This document shows positions 50,547 through 64,000 of a DNA stretch of 64,000 bases, one piece after another. The stretch lies in contig CM022672.1 in NCBI GenBank assembly GCA_012295275.1, forward strand, positions 15,686,001-15,750,000, given 5' to 3'. This DNA comes from Chrysomallon squamiferum (Eukaryota; Animalia; Mollusca). The notes below the pieces were generated by a model, which was not told where the DNA came from, searched no databases, and worked only from the letters and a program-made list of their open reading frames with translations. Made by a program: the position numbers and the translations under genes. Positions within the stretch are counted from its first letter, which is position 1. Each line of letters starts with the position of its first letter.

Positions 50547-53500
50547 AATGTAGCTGTTCTTATTGAAATATTTTCGTAAACTGAAAATTATTTTTTTAGT
50601 ATGTCTGAATGTGTTTGTTTAATAAGGAATCTATTTTGTTTTATCATGCTGTATGTCATGTAATCCAGCAACAATTGTCTTTTTCTCTTAGAAATTCAAA
50701 GTTATTATTTGCACTTATACACAGTTCAAATTTGCTTAAAAATAATTTTGCACTTGACTGTCAAAGATTTTGAATTTTTAAAAATTTACTCAACAGTATG
50801 ATGATTGTGTAAACTCAAAATTTACTGATAGATATCATTAGATTGTCAGTACACCACAGGATCAGTATTGAGACCAAATGGCAATTTCCAGGTACCAGGC
50901 AACAAAATACATACACAGAAAAAGGCAGCAACAAATGAAAATACTGCTCAGTAGTCCAACTCCTTCCCAGCAAACATTACATAATAAAATATACATCTCC
51001 AAAAATAAATAAATAAATAAAATAAACTATTAAACTGTAATTTTTATTTTTTTATTTTTTATTTTTTGTTATTCTGAAAAAAGTAAGTAGGTGATTATAT
51101 TCATTACTGTATATAATGTATATATATATATATTTTTTTTTTTTTAATTCACATTTAGTAAATAAATGAGAAACATATTTATTAAACTATCAAGTTTTAT
51201 TGGGTTTTTTTATGTCTATATATATATTTTTTGTTTAATCACATTTAATAGATAAATAAAATATGTACCTGTTTTTTGGTTGTGGATATCTTGAGAAAAA
51301 AAATAACCACACAATTATATTTATTATTATATATTATTTACATATTTTTTTTCCCCTTTTTTTAATTTAATCACATTTTGTGAATAAATGAAAAAAAAAA
51401 TATATATAAAATATACATATGTATGTATATATGCATTAATAAATATTATTTATTTATGTATTTCATTTTAAATATATATTTTTTTAAACACACATTCATT
51501 AAATATAAAATATTTACTTTAGTTTTATATTTATATTGTTTTGCTAAAAAATATCTTACAAAATACATTTATGAGAAATAAGCTATCTCCTTTAAATTCC
51601 CGAAAAGACAACAACTTATTTATCTATCATATTAAAAATTTCTATAAATCACAAATTTATTAATTATAATTGATTTTATTAATAATAAAAATGTAAGTAA
51701 AAATAAATAAAAACAACAACAAAATAACTAAAAAAACAAAAACAATTTGTTCTTTCATTTGTCCTTTTCTGAAATAGAAAGAAATGATTTGATTTAAATT
51801 TAAGTTTAATGATATCATAATAACAATGGTTATTAGATGTGAGAATGATATTTGTATTTATTAAAGATTATATCAAGAGAGAAAAGAACTGTTATAACAC
51901 TATGAGTTACTCTTAACAAGTACAGAGATCTTTTATATGCACCTGCTCACAAACAGTAATTTTTGCAGCAAGCTGAAACATGAAATAAAAGGGTAGATCT
52001 TTGACCATATTTTGTCAAAATGAACAGTGATATACATTTTTATGACCCAAAATACTTGGAACATTCAATACATTTTTGACAAAGAGTATGAAGTGTTGGA
52101 AGTATTACATGTACATGCCTATATTTCTATATCACATTCAATAAGAGTAAGGAATTTTTATTTACATTGCACTCTGAGTGAAAGAATGGAGAAATGTCAA
52201 AGGAATTTTCTTTAATGCCTTTCAAACAAATGGCTATTGCCCCCAAGAGGACAGCATCACCCACTGTGGTGATCACTGGTTTAGACTGTCTGCATTTCAC
52301 AGTGGCTATAACATCATGTAACTACAAGTATTCATTTCTTTATGCATAACTTACAGCATATTTTCATGAAGAGATGACCCAGCCAATAAATTCCTTTTTT
52401 GATTTTCTTTTTTTTGCTCTTTGATCTTTGAAAGAAAATTTACATAATAAATAACAATATACTCAAACAGAATTTAGCTCTGCTAATGTAGTGAAGTAAG
52501 TACTGTTCATCTATATTTATTACTGCCTTCTTTTTTAATGAAACAATTTTAGTTTGCAAATTAACTACCATTAAAATGTTGAGGATTTTTGAAGTTTCTG
52601 GATTTCAGAATTTCTGACAACAGGTTATCCAAGTGTGTTTTTTCTTTCATCAAATCCTAACAGTATTTTATCAATTACATTTTATTTTATCTTTACATGT
52701 AAAATATTTCTGATTAATTTACTTCAACTGCTTAAAGATGGTTGTATCTTAACTAAATGAATGATTCTGAAAGAGCAACATGAGAAAATAACACAAGGGA
52801 AAATTTTAAATGTCACACAATGATTTCTAAATGACCAAGTAATGTGTTTTCATATTTTAATAACTCTATGAAGTATTAAAAGTTACTCACTTGGGTGTTT
52901 GAGTTTGTACCTGCAGAATCAACAAAATTTCTAATTAAAATGTGCCTGTGTAATGTTAAATTTGAGAATAAAAAAAAATTGACATTTTGTTTACTTCCAA
53001 ATTATTTGTTTTTAGAAACCATCTCTTGTGAAACATAACAATAATTAAAAAAAGTACACCTCTATGGCAATTCATGGAAGATGTAATTCTACCTTTTAAA
53101 TAACGATCTTGTTTATTTAATGATTACATATAACCATCAGCAAGAATACGTAAAGTATCTTATTTTTATTAACAAGTCTCAAGCCAGAAGTCCAATGACC
53201 ATCTAGAACACTCTCTGAAGACTCACTGATATTAGATACAATCCAAACACTTGTTTTTCTACTCATGAGATTTTAAAAATATCTTTGCAGTGATCTGTTG
53301 AAGGTTAAAATGACTGTTTTTATTAATAGAAAAAATAACTATGCAAATATTAACAAGTATTAAACCTTGTTTATACTTGATCCACTTACCTCTGACATTT
53401 TATCATCAGCCTCACATTCAAATATCCACTTAAACCGAGAAAGATCTTTTTAAAAAGAATAAAAAACAACCAGAAGTGAATAATGAACGAGTTAATGGAC

Positions 53501-53851
53501 AAACATTTTTATTACAAAATATCAAATCAGTTGTTTCGTTTTTGTTTTTTTCAGTTTTTTCTTATAGTTAAAAACATTAAAGTTAAATTATAGACTAAAG
53601 ATGTCAGTTAAGAGTTAATTTTTTTGTCACTACTCAATGAATAAGAAACAAAAATCTATACATAAAAAAAACCCACCCAGATATGATAACAGAGAGGATA
53701 TATAATTATGTAGTTTTAAGTTGTTTGTTGTTTTGTTTTTTTGTTTGTTCAAGGGTTATTTGTTGTTTTTTTACTGACACTCACCATTATTATTATCCTC
53801 CAACTGAAAAGAGAATTTAATTATATTATTTAATTTTTTTTATTTTACTAC

Positions 53852-53884
<33 letters not shown>

Positions 53885-55767
53885 TTAATCTGGAAATATG
53901 ATTTTGATAAGGTTTCTTTTCTGACATATATAGTGACAGTAATAGTGATGTAAATGTGTGACAGGTTTTGTATAAAGCTTGTTTGATTTGTGTTAGTATA
54001 AATGGAAGATTTCAGGGGAGGCAATGATGAATAAAAAATTAGGCAAAATAGTAACATAATTAGGAATAAGAGAGATTTTGTTTTTTCATCAAAGTAAAAT
54101 AAGAATGAAATTTAAATTACTTCATTGTGATACTTTGGCAACTGTCGGTCAATGGTTTGGTTGAAATTATGGTTCTGAATACATAATTATGTATCACATA
54201 ACAAATGGCTTTCTGGGGATTTCTTTAAGTGATACTTCAAAGGGAAAGAAACAAAAGAAAATATATATATACCATGGTGTTGTTACTTAAGTTTGATTTA
54301 TTTCCAGTCATCTTTCTGACATGAAATTCTGTCAGCTAATAGTGATAAAAATATTCAATTAAAAATAAAATATACCTACCCAAAGAAAAAATGTAAGTAA
54401 ATAAAAATAAATTAACAAAAAATTATTTAGAAGAAGAAGAAGAAGAAATGAAAGAAAAATTCATTAAATAAATAAAATAGTAAATTGATAATTACAGATG
54501 GATTGGCTAACTCAACATAATTTGGACTGTTTGAAATTTAAATTACCCAATTATCAGATTGTTTGGTTGGAGACCAGTGTTACCAAGAAAACTGTTCTTC
54601 TGAGAAAATAAGCATGTATCCAATAATTAACACAGGCATAAATAATTAAAATGTTCATTTTTATTCATCCAGAATAAGAGATTTTTTTGTGGGGGTTTTT
54701 GTGTTAGTCGTTTTTTCATCATAGTAAAATAAAAGTTTGTAATTTAAATTACCTCATCTTTTATTTTCGGTGATAGGCCAATACTATCCAGGTAATTTTC
54801 ATTCTGAAAATATAATTATATATATATGTGTGTGTGTGTTTGATTTTTCTCTTTGGGAAATACAAGACTTTAATCTTTACCCTGATTTCAGTGATAAAAC
54901 ACATTCAAGGCTGTCAGTCAAACAGTTCCAAAGATGTGAATTTAATTTGTAGGGGCCATTTGCAGGGGACATTTTGAAGAAATATAAATTAAAGGCCAAT
55001 TCTGAAGATGAGATTGTCTCTGACAAAGCTTAGTTCATAATGTTATGCGTTGGAAATATTCAGTTTAACTTTTTTCACAACTCTGCAATGTATATTTACA
55101 TTAATATAAAAAGCCAAAGCTGGCAAAATCATACATTTGCACTAGAAAAAAAAAAAAAAAAAAAAGCTTATAAAATTTGTAACTTCAGAGCTGTCCTACA
55201 AATATAGATTTCATTCCAAATTAATCAGAGTGAAAAGATCAAGACAATGAAGGGATAAATTAGAAAATCTGAAACGTTAATTTTTAGAGGGTTCATCTTT
55301 TATCTTTTGACAAATTGCAGTTTTCTTCACAATCTCTTAGTGCTAGTGAAGACTGTATAAAAATAAAAATGATGTGTTGAGTGCCCTTTCCTCCTGAGAG
55401 AGGGGCTCAGAGCAGTCTTCAAAGAGTATGTTGAGGACACACGGACAAAAATCAGGGTGGGATTTACCTACTTGCAGGCCAAACTCTAATCAATGGGCCA
55501 CCAAATTTATAGAAATGTTGTATCCAATACTATATATATATATATATTTTTAACTGTAATTTTTTTTATTGAAATGGCCAAATGTCAACAAATGCTACAT
55601 AATACTATAATGTAAATAATATGAATCATTACTTTTAATCAGTTTTATATCATGGACATCTTATATATGGGAATATAGATTCACTGGCATGTACATATGT
55701 TTCTGAATACATTTTAATGGGAAACCGTTTTAATGTGGCAGTCGATTTTATGAGACAAATATCCACC

Positions 55768-57160
55768 AAAGAGTAGATTAAATAATGAAGTTTGTACTGA
55801 GTGACCTATATAATTATTTAGTATATATGTAGTATGTTTTGAACCAAGTTTCAAATACAACAAGCTTATTTTTTTTACAGCTAACACTAACTGAACACAT
55901 TTATTCCAGCATCAGAACAAGTATTATTGCCACAAAGCAGAAGAATAAAATAAAAAGCTAAATACTTCTGAATAAACAATCACAGCATCAAATGAGAAAC
56001 TGATCTGAAATAAATTAAGGTCTCCAACACACAGTCTGTAATGAACAGTGTGAAGAGGTGATGTGCCTAAATAAGTTTGACATCTGTTAACTAAGGTGGA
56101 GGTACAGTCAGACAATGTTGAATGTATATGAAAAGAATGATCATTTTGCTGACAAAAAAAATGATATATAAATGTAAAATATAGTGTATCAACGTGTTTA
56201 GCGATACACGTTTGTAGAAATATAGCTAGGTGCGGCTTCCCAATTCTGACTGAAATTAAATGTTCCCTCCCTGTACGAGGTCAAATTTGTGCAATAAACA
56301 CAAAAATAAGACTTCAGATTTTCTTTTTTAGCAGTTTTTATTCAGAGAAAACCTCAAACAGAAAATAAATCAGAATTCAATAAAAAACAACAAAAAAAAC
56401 AACAACAATAGGTCAAAACAGTATGGCGGACCAAAAAATAAAAGCACTTTTGAGTATACATAACCACATAGAGACACACACACACACACATCATAGTGTT
56501 GCTGCACAAGTTTCAATTCATTTCAGTGAAATGGAACTTTAATCCTTGTCAACTAGTAGTAAAACTAATTTAAATATTAATAACAAATTCCCTTGGCAAA
56601 AGTAAAGAAAGAAAGAAAGAATAAATAAATAAATAAATTGATAGTTACAAATAGTTTAGCTATTTCGAGATATTTATCTTCTGATCGAAATTCTGTCAGA
56701 ATGTCTTCCAATAATGACCAGCTGGTGCTTCCTTCCATTTTCTTTTTTTTTTTTTTTTTTTTGCTTGTGGTGGAGGATTAAGTGCAGCGCAGAACTATCT
56801 GTAATTATCAAATACAAAACTCTTAGAGTTATAATTATTATTTCAAGCATTAAATGATAAATAGGTAATAATTATTTAAACCCTATATGTCAAAAATAAT
56901 TTATAAATTATTTGTTTTATAATTCTTAAGCAAGAACGAAATTCAATGTTTATGTCTCATATTAGATAACAATTACCTCCCTAACTACTTAAAACGCTGT
57001 TCACTTAGAAAATAATTGTTTTCATAAAATTAAAATTTTATACTTACTAGACAAGCTTTAAAAATTATAAAATAATTTGTAGTTATGGACATTACGTCAC
57101 GACAATTACCTTTTTGAAAAACCATGTTACTTTCGGCTATAATCGGAACTAATCGGAGGC
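55768..57160. repeat. Diverged direct copy of blocks from 32200..34620
   Basis: Shared anchors: gtactgagtgaccta (~33627/~55795), acagtcagacaat (~34010/~56104), tacgaggtcaaatt (~34475/~56274), ttactttcggct..aatcggaact (~32948/~57127). Confidence 0.75.
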
Positions 57161-58296
57161 ACCGGCGGCCGAACTGGGCAGCTGTCTGCAAAATCTGATA
57201 ACGTGAAAATTGCTGTCTTTCCTCAGATAAACTTTTTATTCAAAGAAACATGTAATGTGTACCACAATAAAGAGAAACATTCCCTCTTTAAAAAGCAGTG
57301 CTTGTTTTTGTTTTAGTGAAAGTGTGCGATGTTTTTTTTTTTTTTTTTTTTCGAAGAATCGTGCTATTTCACCCATTTAAGCCTACACAGCGTGGCGTGC
57401 TTTCCTTTACACACTGGAACGTACACGTGGTTTTGTTTCTGCCATTTCGCGGTTTCCCCATTAACACAGGAAAGCTAAAAGTAGTCTCTTCGGAAAGATC
57501 AAAATGATGTTTTTGATTCATAAATCGAACATAACTTTATTTCGAAACCATAAAAAAAAAAATAATAATAATAATAATAAATAAATAAATAAACAAATAA
57601 TAATAATAAAAGAAACAAAAGAAAATATTATTTAGAAAGAAAATTCTCTATCTTTTCATAAAAAAAAAAAAAAAATCATCGATCAAATATACTTTTTGGA
57701 AAAGAGAAGTCTGCACTTTTTAATGACTACGGAGATTATTCTGATGGCATCACCCGTTTAAAGTCGGAAAGTCATACAGGAACTTCGAAGGCGATCAACG
57801 CTGTCCCTAAGCAAGTGTCTGGGAATGGTCTATCGATGAAACTAAGCGCGTTGAACTTGTATTGCATGACTTATCTCGAAAATAACTCTGCCAAATTAGT
57901 TTAGCAATTACGTAGAAAATGTGAAATACAGACAAGCTGATTGGATGTTGAATTTATTTGAATTAAACGTGGAACTCTTTCGAATCTGTGACGTCGAGAT
58001 GACTTATCTTCCCTTGGAGTAGTTAATCGTAATCTACCAGAACGAGGTCGATCTCGCAGTTACCCAGTCGTGATGGGGTGCTGTCATGAATACGAACGTT
58101 ATGAGTGACGTCGTGTACGTGTGGATGGCATTAAGACGTTGATTTTCCTTTAAGCCTGGTCGGCGATAGATTATAACGGGATAAATTCTTCCTTTGTTTT
58201 TTGGATAACGTTGGTTCAGTGCATAAAAATTTGATTTGAATACATCCGGATTGCACGCGCTTCTGCGACAGAACGTGCAGTACATATAGCGGCATA

Positions 58297-58327
<31 letters not shown>

Positions 58328-59019
58328 TTTTGTATTATTTTTTTACTTTAAAATTAATTTTAAAAAGGCCGCACATATCAACCTATCATCACTTTAACAA
58401 GTACAATCGGCGCGATCATAAAAGAAAAATAACTTTCAAGGCATCGTTAACCTGTGCATATGAATTCAAAACAAGAGAATAAATCATATATAGACTTAAG
58501 ATATTTTATCTTATAAACTAAAAGTAAAATAAAATTTAAACTTTTCTTGAAATACACAGTAATAGAAATAGTTAACTGTTTAATGATTGAAAGAAATTTC
58601 AAGGTTCAGTTAATCAAAAGTCACTGTATACAGATATATAAAACAATATAGAAGCATTCTGCAAATATGACAGCGTCTATAAAAACAACCATAGACTAAT
58701 ACATCTATCGGCATATATTCAATTATACATTCATAGGTAAATATATATAAAATCTATAATAGAGGTCATTTTATATTGTTCACAAAGTATTCATAGATGT
58801 ATACAAACATTCACATACACACACATTCAGACATATATCATACATACATACATTTTGATGCTGGACTGGTACAGTAGAGCCCCAGCTTTCTGCTTTATAA
58901 TAACAATAAACTCACAAAAACATGTGACAAATGTCAAGATATTTGATTTAACATCCATTGCAAAAAGTCTCCTCTGATTTGATTTCTGTATTGTCTGACA
59001 TCTTCTCCTCTCTGAAACT

Positions 59020-59203
59020 GTATTGTAATAGTTGTGACCTAGCATGTTCATAGGTAATGCTGGATATCAGAGCACCTTAACATCTACTGGAATGTTGTTT
59101 TGTTGCAGACTCAGCAAATCCAGTCTTTCTTGATGGTCTGCACCTGCCTGTGGCCAATGCAGCACAGCTTGTCTTTGCCCCTGTTGGATTCGATAATCTC
59201 CAT
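59020..59203 (-). mobile_element. Highly decayed FLYWCH/MULE remnant
   Basis: ATG at 59203 reads MEIIESNRGKDKLCCIGH...WIC*VC, resembling the 21537 element's MEVITSNKGG...WRCV. Contains in-frame stops. Confidence 0.5.
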
Positions 59204-60139
59204 ATTGTTTTAGAATTTAGAAATGATCTCAAGTCATGTTGTGTCTGTGACTTTGTAGTTCTCCCAAAGCAATCCAAATTTGGAATAGCTCTGATTGAGT
59301 ACATACCTCAGAGAACTTTAAACATTTGAATTAGTTGGACAGGAGTTACTTTATGAGCTTTTGGGACTTTTGATTATGGTTTTCTGATCACTTAGAATAA
59401 TCCAATCCTATTTACTTGAACAAAAAAAAAGAAAGAAATACACTAGTGATGGGCAGTTGTCATTTGGGCAACACACAGATTAAGTAAATGTTCTAGAGTC
59501 TGACAGACATCCATCTCTATAGTACTTGTTTGTAGATACAGTCTGTTTCAATTAATGAAGGGCATAAAAAGGAGATGTATGTTGATTGTCCTCAAAAAAA
59601 TTGCAGTGAGGCTCATAGAGAATCAAGGCCTATTAATGATTTTTATACCAGTTTCTTTGTGGTTGAAAGTGATGAAACTGGAAAAGTTGGCAAAATTATT
59701 TTTCAAGTTATTTTTGTTTGTGATTTATTTATTCAGTTCTTTCTTTCTGTTAATAAAATTATTAGTAACAGATGAAAACAAATAAAAAATAGTTTTCCCC
59801 TTATGTTTTATTAATAAAAATAATTTGATGGAAATAACAGACATCTGCTGACCAATTGCAAAATACAGTATACAGCTGAATTATGTCAGTGACATGCTTT
59901 TATAGTCTGTGTGCTCCTCTCACTCAGTATCTCAATGTGTATATGTATATTTATGTATGTATGTATGTGTTTATATACATGCACGTATTTGCTCTTTTGT
60001 TAAAGTTAATTAATGGCTCACACAATTATTTGTTGTAAAAAATAAATATATTAAATATAAACAGAGACATACAAAGAATATTAAACACCAGTAATCATCA
60101 TCATCATCTCTCTCTCTCTCTATATATATTTGTATATAT

Positions 60140-60190
<51 letters not shown>

Positions 60191-60549
60191 ACAAATAAAT
60201 ACACAATTAAAACTTTTATTAAACATCCTTTTAATTTCCAAAGAAATATTACAGCAGTTCATTTTATCCTGGATGTTTTAGGTTTCATTTCAATTCATTT
60301 TAATATGCACCAGATTTTGTAATCACAATCTAAGTCTTTATTACTTTTCAGTTTAATAACAAATCATAAATAATTTTTTTTAAATTCAGTTAAAATTATA
60401 TAATGTGACTTTCATCACACAATTTATAAATATATATAAACCATTAAAAAGGATTAAAAAAAAAAAAAAATCATCACAATTTAATTCACTGATCCAGACT
60501 CGTAGACATCCACCACGAGACTTACACACACACACTTCACTACAGACAC

Positions 60550-60871
60550 TCACACAGTGCCATAGTCTGTGAATTTTTCATAGTGGTTCATTTTATCTGA
60601 CTGGTGTCGTGTTTTTGCATGGTAGATAAAACCAAAAGAAATGAAGATGAAGAGGATGAATAAAATAACTAGCACTGAGAATGTAAAGGTGTTTAGTGAA
60701 TCCTGTGGCTTCACAGCAGGAATTTCATTACTCTCTTCCAGTATGAAGCCTAAAGACCAGCCAACCTTCGTACCAGCAACCTGGAAATCGAAAACACACT
60801 GTCTGTGTTATTTTTACTGTTATCATTTATTAGTATCATTATTATTATTATTATTATTATTATCATTATCA

Positions 60872-60921
<50 letters not shown>

Positions 60922-60939
60922 ATTATTATTATCATTATC

Positions 60940-60972
<33 letters not shown>

Positions 60973-63783
60973 TTTATTACTACTGATGGTTATTATTTTT
61001 GATGCTACTACTAGTATTTCAACTACAGCCACTGTTTTTATTAACACTTTTAATTTTATTAATTACTACTACTATCACTACTATTCTACCACTTCTACTA
61101 TCACCACTACCACTGGTACTACTACTACTACTACAACTAATCCTGTTGCTACTAGTACTACTATTTAGAAGTATCTGTTTCAGGCTTTACCCCATACCAT
61201 GACAAATACCAAAAGTAGAGATAAGTTCTTTCCAGTCTATGGCAATGTTCACACAAAAACCTGTTACTGCTAATAAAAGACTAACATATTGCACAAAGGC
61301 ATCTAGTTTCCCGTTTTTCATTGTTTATATTTAATATATTATCATAACTGCAGGAATGAAATGTATAGTTTGCATTGTAAAATATTTATAGTTAGAAGAT
61401 AAAATGTATTTTCTTGTTTACCATTATTAATTTTAACATCTAATACTACTATTAATATTAATATTTAGAAAAGATAATTAATGGAAGTACTTAAATTTTG
61501 GCCTTTTAAACATTCATTAAAAAATAATAATAATAATAAATTTTTAAAAAATTGAAGCACAATAAATAAACTTTTATTATTCTACCTTTTCAACAAACTT
61601 GAGAGTTTTCCAGTTGCTGGAATTGAACTTGTAACCCTTCACCAACAGAATGTTAATGAAGGTGGCTTGGAAACAGTAAAATGGTTTTGTTTTGTTTTCA
61701 ACTGCTGGAATGGTCTTGATCTGAAAAATACATTTTATAATGCACATAAAAACACAAAAGACATATGGACATATGTAAATATCAAGCAAATGAATTAATA
61801 TCCTAACAGAGACAACACACATGCTAACAAAAAAACAAATGACCTACTGAGAAAGTTACATTCATTTTCTAAATTCCAAAAATACTTAATCAGCAGAAAA
61901 CTGTTACTGAGGACATTTCTCAATGTAAATCATTTGTTTGCAAAGAAACATTAGGGCTTTCTTTTGAAAGTTAATTTATGAAAGCAGGACACTTGAATAA
62001 ATATTAAGAAAATAATTTTTGTAATATTTATGTTTTGTATACAAGTGAGAAATCATGGAGATGTGTCGTAAAAGAACAGAAATAAATATATAGCATATTT
62101 GCCAAGGAAAAAGTTCTGGAACTAGGAATACTCAGTTGTTTTTCTATGTGTGGTTGCTTCATTGTTTTTAGATTTATGGTGGATTTTGTTTTTAATGAGC
62201 TGTAATTAAATTAGCTCATTATAATTGTTTATATTACTTTGTTACACTTATTTATAGTGTTTCTTTTTCACTTATTTATATATTTGTTATTTATGTCATT
62301 TTATATTTATTATTTTTCAATTATATACATTTATTGTGTTATTTAATTATTTTTTATGTTTTATTAATTATTTTATTTAATTTTTGTTGTTTATTTTTGT
62401 TTATTTTTTTTATGAGGCAAGTTTTTTTATTTTGTTTTAGAAAAAGACAAATTCTGTTACCTCTGCCCATGTTTTGTTACAAAATGATGTCACATTCTTC
62501 TGAAAATCTTCAAGACTAAACTGTCTCTTTCCATCAGTGAGGTTGAGAAAGTGTGTCACATAGTAGAATGATGAAAATGCCTGGAAAATGGAAAATAAAA
62601 AATAGACACAAAAATATAGACAGATAGAAGAATAATGAAATCAGTAGGAAAATGGAATAAGTTAACTTTAAAAAAAAAAAAAAAAAAAAAAAAAATTATG
62701 AATAAATAAGTAAAGAAAAAAAAAAAAAAAAATAAAATGAAATGAAAATGAATAAAACATAGATCACTAGTAATAGGAATGGATACATGGATAATAAAGA
62801 AAATAGAAAAATGAAATGAGAAAACTATGAAAAGAAAAGAAATTATTAACAATAATAAAAATAAAGATTAAAAATAAAACAAAAGAACATCCAAAATAAA
62901 TAAATAAATAAAAACCAGTTTCCTTTTGCATTAGACTTTATAGTTCACATACTGAATATTAAAGTATATCTATCTATCATATTATCATTCAAAAATGAAA
63001 ATAATATTAAAACATAAATTAAATATATGAAATGAAACAAATTTAAAAACTAAATTAATACCTTTTTTATTATTAAAATACATGTATCTAGCACATTTAA
63101 AAAAACCTATATATATATATAAAATAATAATAAAATTAAATCATTAATTTTAATTAAATAAGATATAATAAAATGTAGATAAAATGAAGATACAAAAAAG
63201 AAATAAGATAAGTAAATTGGTAACTTTTATTGAATTAAAGCTCAATTATTTAATTTTAATTATTATTATTTTTTTTTTTTTTATTATTTTGCCTATAATT
63301 TTGTTAAAATAAACAAAACAAAAATGCAGGTAACAAAATAGCAAATTAAATGAAAATGGAAGGACATGAAAGAAAACTAATTATAATATTAATAAATAAA
63401 ATTAAATAATATAAATAAAATAATACTGGAGAACCCCCCCCCAAAAAAAAAAAACCATCCACAACAAATTACCAAATTACAATACTGCAGAACATTTATA
63501 AAAAAACCCCACAAAAAAACCCACAAAAAACTTGCAGAATTTTTTCTATTATTTAGGATATATCCTGTGCATTTTTAAAAATAAATATTACAACCTTAAT
63601 TAAGATATTAAAAAGGAACAAAAATGTGGGACTCACATAAAACTGGCCATGCACAGGAGGCTGGTACTGGTTGTTGAACGAACAAGATGAAAACGTACAG
63701 TTGTTGAAATTAAACAGATACTTGGACACAAGAGTTTCACACTTTGCTGAATCACTCTTGCCTTTAAACAGATACGTCATGTT
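60550..63783 (-). CDS. Ectonucleoside triphosphate diphosphohydrolase (GDA1/CD39 NTPDase family), last four coding exons; 5' part lies outside the window
   Basis: Phase-0 exons 63783-63637 (CTFSSCSFNNQYQPPVHGQFY), 62580-62461 (AFSSFYY..FCNKTW), 61720-61586 (YCFQATFINILLVKGYKF) and 60780-60550 (ACR5 GWSLG, C-terminal transmembrane helix, ..DYGTV*). Confidence 0.92.
60835..60975. repeat. (ATT)n/(CAT)n compound microsatellite in the last NTPDase intron
   Basis: Seen directly. It is the source of the poly-I/H/M spurious ORFs. Confidence 0.9.
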
Positions 63784-64000
63784 CTGAAAAGTGTAGAAAC
63801 AAAACAAAAAACATTTATTATTTTTAACAAGTGTAGCACTGTGGCAAACATTATGAATTGTTATCTCCCTTGCATAAATTCACATTGGTATTTTATTTTT
63901 ATGTAAACTTAAAAAATTAATTTAAATAAAATAAAAAATAAAAATTAATAATTATTAAAAAATATTTCCAATAAAACATGAATATAAAAAATTTATTATA

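Noticed and set aside
41715-50600. AATAAA hexamers after each cassette as proof of separate poly(A) sites
   Set aside because: They are present (e.g. 42885, 44300, 45429, 47711) but expected by chance at this AT content.
48120-52285. hAT-MITE-like ends near 48120-48195 and 52240-52285 bracketing cassette B5
   Set aside because: The resemblance is vague, and I could not verify a matching TIR pair or an 8-bp TSD.
59020-59304. ORF 59077..59304 and the overlapping FLYWCH-like frame as a gene
   Set aside because: The listed ORF resembles nothing I recognise, and the FLYWCH-like frame has in-frame stops.
1-64000. tRNA, rRNA, snRNA or known miRNA genes
   Set aside because: None were recognisable by eye. 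A covariance-model search would be needed to exclude them.

Overview
AT-rich, intron-containing animal genomic DNA, probably a lophotrochozoan/mollusc-type invertebrate (inferred from composition only). Contents: a complete 13-coding-exon ORC2 gene (minus, 20069..8244, 540 aa); the last four coding exons of a CD39/GDA1-family NTPDase (minus, right edge); decayed hAT, MULE/FLYWCH, LINE and other DDE transposon remnants; and a ~950-bp inverted duplication. The main finding is two outward-facing paralogous genes (gene A, minus, 4328 leftward; gene B, plus, 36787 rightward). They share a ~76-aa N-terminal domain I cannot assign to a family and an identical constant-exon layout ending in a phase-0 donor. 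Each is followed by an array of phase-0, stop-terminated cassettes that look like mutually exclusive last exons. The cassettes encode different putative DNA-binding modules: C2H2/C2HC zinc-finger sets, a pipsqueak HTH, a basic helix, and a Crypton/DUF3504-type domain. This resembles the Drosophila mod(mdg4)/lola/broad design, but without a recognisable BTB domain. All splice models were read by hand; no transcript evidence was available.
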